From Octopus bimaculoides (Eukaryota), in contig NC_068998.1 of NCBI RefSeq assembly GCF_001194135.2, positions 51,849,299 to 51,913,298 of the forward strand: 64,000 nucleotides of DNA. Direction: 5' to 3'. Shown one piece after another: positions 26,191-36,960 of the stretch. The first letter of the stretch is position 1; the number at the start of each line of letters is the position of its first letter. The translations under genes were made by a program, and so were the position numbers. The notes beneath the pieces were generated by a model. The model was not told the DNA's origin and did no database searches. It saw only the letters and a list, made by a program, of their open reading frames with translations.

Positions 26191-26967
26191 CAGGTAACTC
26201 TTTCCCTTTATTCAGATGGCGTTCTTTCCTCAGCTAACTTTTCTCAACTACAACTTTGATGTTTATGCTTTCCAACACATTGATTGTTCACCAATAAACC
26301 AAGCTGTTCCTGAAAGAAAGGAGACATATAAATCATCAAATTTAGCTATACCCTGTATGACAAAAGACATTCTAGCCATTCTACCATTTTTTTTCTATTC
26401 TATTACACATATCTTATGTGTCTCTGCATCATTTTTGTTGTTACTACTTGGTACTGTATTTGCTCTGATTAAGCTGACATTTCATCAAACTTTTCTTTGT
26501 TGTAACCATCTTATCTTTTAATTTTTTTTTATCCAATATCTCCTTTTATTCATGGTGGTTGGGCTGGGGGATTCATGTTAGTAATGGCTGCTATTTCTTG
26601 TACAGCAAGAAGTGGCTCCATACAGATGTTTCTTTGTTGGTTTGTTATAAATATGTCTACCACAAAAGCAAGTTAAAACACTGATAGAATTGAGATGAAG
26701 TGGCTCTCTAATCATGTTATGGGACATTTCACTACACTGGACAATATATTAAAAGTCATACTGCACAAAGTGCCTTACCACTTCATTTACTCATTCAGAT
26801 CTATTGAGTTCAGATTTATTGTCAACGTTTACAAGGAGATTGAAAGAAAGTGCACTTAAATACTAAAAGGACAAAAGAAGTAAACTTCTTACTGAAAGCT
26901 TGTGTTGACAAGGGTTGTAAAACTTCTAGAGAAGCATACTGTCTATTGAAGTTGACATTTTATTTTA

Positions 26968-27070
26968 TATGATGATGATGATGATAATAATAATAATGAT
27001 AATAATAACAATGATAATAATGATAATAACGATAATAATAACAATGATGATAATAATAATAATAATAATT
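26968..27070. repeat. Compound (ATG)/(ATA)/(AAC) trinucleotide repeat
   Basis: Read directly; explains the Tyr/His-rich ORF 26960-27331. Confidence 0.95.
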
Positions 27071-27907
27071 GAAAAATAAAGCAAATATAAAAAATACAAT
27101 CTCACTTAAGAGACACGCATTGCACATATGTACATATGTGTGCGCACGTGCGCACACATTTACACATGTGTACAGATACTTTAGTACAGAATAAAAGCAC
27201 AAGTAGATTGCAATGTTGTTGACAGTCTGTGTAGGTTTCTTTGATAAGTGGTGGGGATGTTGGAGGTGGGAGGCAGCAAGGTGGGAGGCATCAAAATAGA
27301 TGCTCTCTGACAAACTATTTTTGGAAAACATTTTGATACATATTTATATGTATTTTAGCAGGAAATAGTAGCACTTAATATATGTCTAGAAACGTAGTCG
27401 TGAATTCAAAATTTTCTACAATCATGTTGTTGTTGTTGATATAGTTGTTGACTGATGCCACTTGTAGTACTGCTTGTATAGGCACCTGACTCTACTAATT
27501 GATTCTTCAGCTCAAACCATACGTTCAATACTAAACAGGTTAATTATTTCTCGAATGTGCTTTTATTTATTTGGGTATTTTTTATTCTAATAATTAGGTA
27601 GTTATGCCGATGAAAGCATATTTAATAATTTATTAATTAATCTATTAAACACCCAGAGTATATTCACACATATGGTAAAAAAAAAAAAATTATATAATAT
27701 CAATTCCTGTTCATTGTTTTTCTCATTAGCAAGAATGTAAGACAACACTGGATGCATATTGATTTTTCTCTCTTTTTTTTTTTAAGCTTCCTCAGGGAAG
27801 CATAACACCTCTCGGTAACTTCATATAAAGGTGAAACATCTCAAGTTGTCAATCGTTAGTTGCTGATATAAAAAAAAATGATTCATTAAATTTTATTATT
27901 TTATCAG

Positions 27908-28105
27908 TAAACTGGCAGAATTGTTAGTACAAAATGCTTAACAGCATTTCTTCCAGCTCTTTGCATTCTGAGTTCAAACTCCACCAAGGTCAACTTTGCT
28001 GCTTATTCCTTCAGGGTCAGTAAAATATGCACCAGTTGAGCACTGATGTTAATGTAATCAAACTAAGCCCCACCCTTAAAATTGCTGGCCATGTGCCAAA
28101 TTTTG
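27908..28105 (+). mobile_element. Deu/Nin-type SINE
   Basis: ctggcagaattgttag..ctgagttcaaactccaccaaggtcaactttgc..caccagttgagcactg. Confidence 0.8.
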
Positions 28106-28750
28106 AAACTATTATTTTGGACAGCTCTCATTCATAAACTGAAATGATTCTGAGATTCTTCTTTTTTAACAGAGTTTATATGACTAAATATATTTCTTGA
28201 AACATTCATCCAACAAATGCACTGAATAGATGGTGGCATCTCCCCTTGTAACCAGTTTATTCACAATTTTGTGTTCCACCCCAATCCTCTGTTCTGTGAT
28301 ATATTTTTTGGGTGGTGGGTAACTTGTTCAAAAACATACTGCAAGTGCAGGGGAAATTAGCAACACAGAGGTCTGGCAGGCTCTGATCAGAGATGTGGTA
28401 CAGGGACTAATGTTAGGGAAATGTTCAAGTTTTAATAAATATGATAAAACTCAAATTCTCATATCATATATATTTTTTCTTCATGCCTGCATAATTTTTC
28501 GTGCAATGACATATGTGGTGTCATCATCATCATCATAACATCCACTTTTCTATGCTTGCATGAGTTGGATGGAGTTTATTCAGGTATATTTTCGATGGCT
28601 AGACACTCTTCCTTTTGCCAAACCACACCTCTTTCCAAACAAAGTAAATCGTTTTCCCAAGGCCATCATGTTTTCATATAATACTGGAATTGAATGATGC
28701 TATTATATATGGATGTGTGAGTAAATGTGTATTTGTATGTATAATAATTC

Positions 28751-28794
<44 letters not shown>

Positions 28795-29224
28795 TGCATC
28801 CTAAAAATACTTATGTGACTGTTTTATGCTTTGTTTAAAGGATTTTCTTATTAGTCCATTATATTGCACTGATAATATTGTGTAAATATTTTTCTTATCT
28901 TCTACAAGTCATTATTGCATTACTGCTGTCTTTTGTTATTGACATTTTATAGTTGACAGGCTTTATTTATAATGATAATGTGTTATAAAATACATTTCAA
29001 CATTTATTAAAATGAAAAAAAAAAAAATGCCACTGAGATCTTGTTTTATTTCTACTTTATTAATGTTTTGTATTGCTTTATTAGTCTTCTATATATTCTT
29101 TTGACTGCAGCAGTTAAGTCTCTCTAAGTCCATCAATGTTTTTAGACTTTCCTACTGTCATTTTCTACAAGATGTTTTTATCAGTATTGTGTGTGTGTGT
29201 GTGTGATTATTATTATCATCATCA

Positions 29225-29410
29225 TCATCATCATCATCAGCATTTAACATTCTTGTTCCATCCTAATATGGGTTGAGTTGTTAGACAAAGATCTAATGAG
29301 TCCAGGGACACTGAATCATGTTCCAGTGTCTGCTTTGGCATGTTTTCTACGACTGAGAGCCCTTCCTGATGTCAACCACTTTAAAATGTGTACTGGGTAC
29401 TTTTCTCTTG
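29225..29410 (-). mobile_element. SINE/LINE-tail repeat ending in (ATG)n
   Basis: catcatcatcagcatttaacat..gcccttcctgatgtcaaccac. Confidence 0.7.
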
Positions 29411-29479
29411 CCGCTGCCTCTACTGAGGTCACCATGTTGCTCAGAGATCTACAAACCCAACGAGTGGATGCCACATACA

Positions 29480-29840
29480 TATGTTAAATGGGGGTTAAGG
29501 TATGAGGGAAGAGGTTGGAGTAGAGCAGGTTCCTGTTGTAGAGGTACTATGTGGCTATTCACATTTAGGAGAGAGAAAGAGGGTGAGTTAGTGGTAGTGA
29601 GGTGTTCTGGTGGTGCTTCAGGTAGGAGGAATTATAGTGGGCGGGAGCTTGCAAAAGTGTATGGGGTGGAAAGTATAGAGGAAATAGAGTGGGAAGGAGG
29701 CAATATCTGTAAAGATTGGGAAGAATTGAGAGTAGAGGGTGAATAAGTTGGAGAAGCCAGAAAGATGCTAGCAGCAGGATAGTAATGAAGATACTGTTGA
29801 TAGTCTTCTCATGTCCTCTTCATTCATGGCTCATATCTCA
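29480..29840 (-). mobile_element. CR1/L2-like LINE 3' ORF2 fragment
   Basis: Purine-rich on +; minus strand resembles the post-RT C-terminal region of L2/CR1 ORF2. Confidence 0.5.
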
Positions 29841-30626
29841 TTGCCATGCAGCATTACAGTTCAAATACACACACACATACAGTTGTATAAAAAAAATTCC
29901 ATGACTTAGAAAAACAAGCAATCTTGCTGCTTAATAGTGTGATATACTATTATTGATATTATGCAGTATTATGTTATCATAATAGTCAATTTATCAATTG
30001 GTTTCATATCAGGAACTGAGAAAAACTCCTAGAAAAATGGTTGAAGGAAGCCTTTTCTGATGGTTGCTCAGTCTTTCTCAACTTTCGGTATTAAACCAAC
30101 TGGTAAATTGGCTATTATGAAAATATAATATTGTTTTTTATTATTATAGATAATAACACTGCATAACATTAATTTTTTAGCTAACACTACTTTAGGTGAT
30201 ATTAGTTAATTTTAGGGTGCTCTTATGAATATGAAATCTAATTTGTTCCATCACGTCTATCTTTTTTTGATCTACAAGATATCCCTAATGATTAACAGAA
30301 AAAGTGTCTAATCTTGTGAACATTGCATGTAATTTATTAATGTACTAAACTAGTTAATAATTGTTAGAATAAAAATATAGATTTAGAAAACACTTTCTAC
30401 AAAGAAGTTACAGCTTTGATTTCACTGTCAAAATCACTAGCATGAAGTTCGAGAAGAGTGAAGCCAGCAAAAGCTTGCCATCATGCAGAGATCAAAATCC
30501 GGATGCGATAGAAGAGAACTGATTTCATATGTGGGAGAAAGAACCCTGAAATTAGCTAATATAACCCTAATTATCTCTTGCTAAAGAAACTTGTTTTTAT
30601 TTTGCTACACAATGTCACTATATATA

Positions 30627-30655
30627 NNNNNNNNNNNNNNNNNNNNNNNNNNNNN
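30627..30655. other. Assembly gap (29 N) inside a (TA)n/(CA)n tract
   Basis: N run flanked by TA repeats. Confidence 1.
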
Positions 30656-30671
30656 ATATATATATACATAC

Positions 30672-30758
<87 letters not shown>

Positions 30759-31652
30759 CACAAAACTACATTGAACTATGGCTACAAATGGTTATATTCT
30801 TAGTGACTGGTAGTGTTTGTTATCCTTTCTTATCATCTAGCTAATTCTATACACAAACTCTATACCTTCAATTTCATCTTAAATAAAGTATAAATCCCTT
30901 TCTTGAAGAACCAATCAGGAATAGTAACAGTAAGCACATTTAGCCCCAAAACATTTGAGTCACTTTCCTCTATCTAAGTCATGCCAGCATGGAAAAAACA
31001 AAACTTAAATAAAACAAATGAACAAACACATGAGAATAATGTTGAATTATAGATATCATTGTGAATTTGAAATGTTTTGCTGTTAACTCCTTTTTTTCAT
31101 TCAGCTTTTTTAGTAATGGTCTCGAGTTCTTTATATCATGTAACACTGTGTAGGAATTTATGCTTTGTATTTTCATAAATTATGTATTCTATGATGAACG
31201 TTTCTTTTTTTAATTTTTAAGGAAACACTGAAGATTTCTCTTATTAATTTTTTGTTGTTTACCTCCAAGTTAGTTTTTATGTAAACCTAAGATCAAAAAG
31301 TATTCTGTCCATGACCATTCCAGCTTTTCATAGACCAAGGGCAGCATTATCAAATGTGTTGATTTTTTAACAGCAGTGTACAAGATTTGAGTCAGTTCAG
31401 CTAGTATTTCTAGCAGTTCGGTCCATCTTATACATTCCCTCATCTGCTTGACTATTGAAATATTTATATTTTGTAACATAATGAGTTGCAATTGTTTTTA
31501 ATTTTTTCTGTGGGTTTTTGTTGTTTTTTCTTTGTAAATGCATAGTCATTTGTTTTTAAAATGGTCTTACTTGTATGGCCAATGTAACAATGTCATGTTT
31601 GCATAAAGATTTTAAATAAACATTAGTCATCTAAAGCTTTTATGAATTGCAG

Positions 31653-31673
31653 GTTCGTGGCTTCGTTGAGAAG
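31653..31673 (+). CDS. Candidate 21-nt alternative microexon of the DGK gene (VRGFVEK)
   Basis: ttttatgaattgcag|GTT CGT GGC TTC GTT GAG AAG|gtgatt; phase 0-0, two CpGs in 21 nt. Sits where human DGKI reads NCQVRFAKSALRRKC. No transcript evidence. Confidence 0.45.
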
Positions 31674-33713
31674 GTGATTTTCTTTTTGTTTTTAAACTTA
31701 GGTGTTTTAGTAATATTATTATTAATGATAGATTGGGATTGGATGTCATGCGAATTCTGTTTGATCTGTTTTTTCATAACATGTTCATCTTTTCGATAAC
31801 CAAAGTGCATTCAGTTCATGCAAAAGTTTTTGTTTGCTATTTGTTTTTACTGGATGTTATGTCATATTTACTTTGTTGAATTTGTTTCTGTGTGGTGTTC
31901 TACAGCTTGCCTTTCAAACTTGTTTGTTTATCTGTTATTGTTTTTTTTCTTTTCTTCTTTACTTTTTTTTTTTTTTTGCTATACTGCATTTACAGAAAAA
32001 AATCTAAAAGCTCTTGTGCAAAGTAATTTTATCCCTAATATCTATCTACACCGATATTCACTATCTCTATGTGTGTGTGTGTAGGCATTTATTATTTGTG
32101 ATTTTAATATTTTCTCTGTGTGTGTGTGTGTGTTCATTATTTATTTGTTGTCGAGTGCAATTCCAAGAGGATTTAGTTGCTATTTCTACCAGGTCAGACT
32201 CATTTGTTGACTCAAACTTCAACCTATATTGAATATATATTACATATATCTGTATAACGTATATTGTATATATCATATCTCTCTGGTGTATATATTGTTT
32301 CATGATATTATCTAATCATTCATTAGTCTTGAATGTTGATTTTGTTCTGCTAACTTTTGGACCATTGTTATACTGTTTGTGAATTCTAACAGTTCCATAA
32401 CATATTAATTGCCAAAGAATTAAACCTTGTAAAGTAGTGGCCTGGAATAGACCCTAGTTCTGCATTTGCAGCTAGAATTAACTATTTTAGTTTAATCATA
32501 ATTCATGAATTTTATCTTTAATAATTCCTTATAAATTTCCTATCATGTATGAGATTGATGTTTTTTTGTTTGTGTGTGTGCGTGTGTGCACGTGTGGGTG
32601 TGATATATTAGTATTTCTCCATTATTCTTATCAGTATTGCATAATACTATTTTATAATTTTTTTTTTTTTTTTTTGGCATCAGGCAGAACTTGTTAGAGT
32701 TTCTGGTTAAATGCTTATTTACTGTCCTGTGTATGTGTGTGTTTATTGCTTTTGCCCTGGTGTAAATCTTCAAGTTTTCTGTCCATTTTTATGTTTCCCT
32801 CACGAAGGAAATTCTCCAGGGAATGGTAGAGTTAGTGAAGTTCAGCTTTCATTTGATTATAGTTCTATTTCCCTTGAAGTTGGTACCACAGATGAGAAGT
32901 GTAATTTGATTTAGACAGTATGTAGGATGTGCAAGGTTAACAAATTGATTTTCCTATGTTGGCAGCATGATTTTTGCCATTATAGAGTCTGCTTAGCTTC
33001 TTTTTTTTTATGCTATTATTTCTTATTCCATGTGAAAGAGATGACTGTAAATTATCAATAGTTGTGTGAATGTTATATAATAAATGTCTGTTACTTACTG
33101 ATTTATCAATATCTTTCTTTAATTGTAGAATTTCCATTTCTAGTTTGTTTGTTTGCTTGTTTTTCTTTTTTCTGTATCCAGAATTCCTGAGTTTATTTGG
33201 CACTAGATCAGTTTATTTGTTTTTATGGAAATCTATAGAACATTTTTCATTTTTCGCTCTACTGTTGCCCAATTTTATGTTTATGTAATTACAGACAGCA
33301 TTTTCTGTTAGTCATCTTTTACCAAAAGCACAATTATATACAAAAGATGTCTTATTTATGTTTTTTTCTTTTTCCTACAAAGAATTTTTCATTTATCCTT
33401 ATTGGTTATTATATTTTGTTCAGAACAATAAATATTCCTGGGTTTATTCTCGATAGGAAAAAAAAATTAAAAGTTAATAAATAAATAAATAAATAAATGC
33501 TGAAAAATGTTGACTGATACGATAAACAAGCATGTAACATTGTTCTCACGATTCTTGCCTACTGTAAAAATGATAATAAAGATAGACAATAGTAACAAAT
33601 GGGACCAATAGACACTTTGGCCAGAAAATAAGACCCCCCAAAGTCTATAAACATTGGTTACAATGTTTATAGACTAATTGGCATTGCTGTTCCAAAAGAA
33701 ACAAAGCATTAGC

Positions 33714-33756
<43 letters not shown>

Positions 33757-33879
33757 CTAGAAACAGGGTAACCCCCAAAAGTGTATATGCACATTGCATA
33801 ATTATAAAATCACTGTTTATTAAAATGCATTTCGTTTTCCAAATTCAAAGGAATGGACATCAATTTTTTAATGAATCCC

Positions 33880-34560
33880 TTTTTTTCAAATTGATGATTG
33901 CTCTGATCCAGGGCACTACAGATAACATAAAGCAATGGAATCACAAATATCATGATGCATTTCGTTTGGTGTTTGTGTGCTTCCTCATTTAATGGCTGCC
34001 CTCAATTCATTGTCTGTTGCTGGTTTTGTACTGTAAGTATCCCCTTAAAAAAAATAAGACTAGTGGTGTAAGGACCAGTAAACCCAAAGGATATTCTACT
34101 GAATCCCTTCATCCAATCCCTGTTTGGCAAAATTTCATCAAGGCCCTTACATTAATTATGGTCGTGTGGGGATCCCCATCTTCAAGTCCTCTTCAATGCT
34201 TAGCATAACAGATTGTTGCAGCATGTCCAAGTAAAATGGTTCAGATAATTCTTTTGATGATAAACTACACCAAACTGTAACTCTTAGTAAATTAACATCA
34301 TGTTCCTCTTTAACATGTGGATTCTCAGTCCAATGTAGATACAGTTATGATGGTTAATTGAGCCATTTACTTTTTATATAACCTCACACTCTAAACAATC
34401 TTTGTTGGATAGTGTGTACCTTCTACTCATCTTTCCAAGTACCATTCACTAAATGTCACTTTTTGATCTGGATCATCTTTGATTAGATTATGGATTATTC
34501 TTTTCTAAGGACATCACTTCAAAAAGCAATGAATGATTCATTTCGAAATTCCTATTTCAT
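33880..34560 (-). mobile_element. Decayed LINE apurinic-type endonuclease region
   Basis: Minus-strand fragments [19 protein letters not shown] and SNHQF resemble NLTIIQVYAPT, N.RG..L..FC and SDH motifs. Confidence 0.4.
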
Positions 34561-34749
34561 GGCTCACTTGCTGCAAAGATTTTATTGAAATCTAACTATA
34601 TGTATTTAGTACCCCATCTTGCTTTGTGGGTCTCATTGATGTCCATGGACTTATACTTGAATGGGCCCCAACTGAAGTATCCAAAGGTGTCAGATGTGGA
34701 ATGTTAAGTTAGGCAGTAGATTAAATCCACCACACAACAGATGCGGTAT

Positions 34750-36960
34750 TACATAAAACTGAAGACAGAAGATCTGTAAAAACCAGTGATATGGCATCAT
34801 CTGGAGCCAAAGAAAGGTGTCAACAGGCAAGTCATGAAATTGAAACCACGAAGGAAAAATATCAAGCAGGAAAACATCAATGAAAATTGTGAGGAGATTG
34901 AAAAGGATTCACTAACACATACCATTAGAGATATTCATAAAGCATGAATCTAATAAGAAGGAAATTTGCACCAAGAAAAGATTTTTATCAAAGACAAAGA
35001 TTGTAATATGCTTTATGAATGGAAAGATATAAAGGAAATTTGGAGAGAATATTACAAGAGCTTATAGAAAAATTCAACAGATGTTAATCAAATAGAAAGT
35101 TATCAAAATTATCAAAGTCAGAATTGTATAAGAGAAAGGAACACTTCTAATAATGTCTAAAATAAAAAGAAAAACAGAAAGAAAGAAAGAAAATGTTTTT
35201 AAAAAAATCAAAAACTCCTGCAACAAATGACGTAAAACTATGAAAAAAAAAGCCTCATTGAAATTTTTACACTATCTGTGCCAAAAAATATGGAACTTAA
35301 AATTACGGCTAAATGATTGGGTTAAATCAATTTTCAGACTATCATAAAAAAAAAAAGAGATAAAGGAAAGAAAGAAAAGAAAACAGCCTCATAAAAACTA
35401 AAAAAAAAAAAGCACCTCAGTCAGAATTTCCAATCTTGAGCATTTAGGTGTCCAATCAACCGAGCTACTAGATCCATTGAATTAGTGTGTGAGTGGCTGA
35501 GTACTCCAAAGACAAATGTAATATAAATGTAATTCTTTGCTAGAATCAGTGTGACACCTGGACCTTTGAATTACAGGTACATTTTCAGGTGCAGCTGTGT
35601 GGTAAAGAAGCTTGCTTCTTAACCGTGTAAATTTGGGTTCAGTCCTATTGTGCAGCACCTTGGGTAAATGTTTTCTACTGTAGCCCAGGGCTGGCCAAGA
35701 GCCAATGTGTTCAAGAACTGCATCAAGCTTCAGTGTTTGCTTTGGCATGGTTATTATGGGTGGATGCCCTTCCTAACACCAACCACTTTATAGTATGGAC
35801 CAGGTATTTTTTCATACCATCTGCAGATATATGTGTGTTTGTGTGTACCCTTGTCTTGTCATTGTGTGATGGTTGTAAACAAGCATCACTGTCATACAAG
35901 CGATGTTGTTCATTTCCAGTTCTTCCATGAAAAACATGTCTGGCTAAGGGGAGAATTACCTTCTTTGGAAACAGGAAGGGCACCCAACGGTAGAAAATAT
36001 GTCCCAACAAATTTCATCTGACCCTTGCAAGCATGGAAAAGTGAGCATTAAATGATGATGATAATGATGATGATGGTGATAATGATAGTGATGATGGTGT
36101 TTCCACATACTCAATTTTACTGAACGTATGGGTCGACCTGAAGCTATAGAAAATGATACTTGCTCAAGAAGCCACACAAGATCTCATGAATGTGCGGCAA
36201 ACTTTTAGCCAGTCAGTCATACTGTGTCTACAATGCAATGTAAAGACAACAGAGCAATTATGCTGATGATTTATGCTGGTCAAATCCTACTTAGTATCAT
36301 TGCTAATAGAATTAAAGTCAAATACGGAATGGAACAAATTGGTTTTAGAACTGAAAGAGGTACAAAGGATGCTATTGTCAAGCTGAAGTTAGTTACTGAG
36401 ACAATTAGAGAACATGATGAAGACTTATTTATTGCTTCTATTGACTATGAAAAAGCTTTTGATGCAGCTATTTATGACAAATTATCGTCAGAGATGACAA
36501 GAATGGGATTTGTTCAACATTTTATAGAATTATTAAAATGACTTTATTCTCGGTAATCCATGACTGTTGACTGTGTAGTCTGAGATTAAGCAAGTGAAAT
36601 GACAAAGCTGTATCTTTTGTACTTTCCTGTTTAACATCGATGCAGAAAGAGGAAAGCTGTTGAGAATTTTGATAGTACAGTTACAGCAGGTAGAATATAA
36701 TTGTCACCAGTTCAGGATATGAGACAGTCTTAATTGCTGGCTATTTAGAATTGAGGATTGCGATAAAGAAAGTTCCAGAAATATTCTGAAGAATATAGTT
36801 TATTCGTTAATTTTCACAAATCTGAGTTAATAATTATCTCAGGAATACTATCAAGGTAATATTATAATAATTGACAATCAAACAGACAAAGTGATTCTTT
36901 AGATTTGCTATATTGGCAGTAATATTGCAAATGAAAACAATGACGGCAAAGAGATCAAAA
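34750..36960 (+). mobile_element. RTE-clade LINE relic (linker plus RT), interrupted by SINEs at about 35480-36215
   Basis: ENCEEIEK..IRDIHK, IKDKDCNML..WREYY, and ORF 36224-36541 with EQIGFRTERGTKDAI..IDYEKAFD. Confidence 0.85.
35589..36065 (+). mobile_element. Composite CORE-type SINE
   Basis: ggtgcagctgtgtggtaaagaagcttgc..gggttcagtcc head; (GAT)n tail at about 36053. Confidence 0.85.

Noticed and set aside
26960-27331. ORFs rich in Y/H, Y/I, C/V or R/E (also 30571-30844, 44677-45061, 58625-58926, 61775-61969)
   Set aside because: Translations of microsatellites.
32156-32192. Possible microexon ending at CAG|gtcaga
   Set aside because: Available upstream AGs give 37, 25, 23 or 16 nt, none frame-preserving, and the donor is weak.
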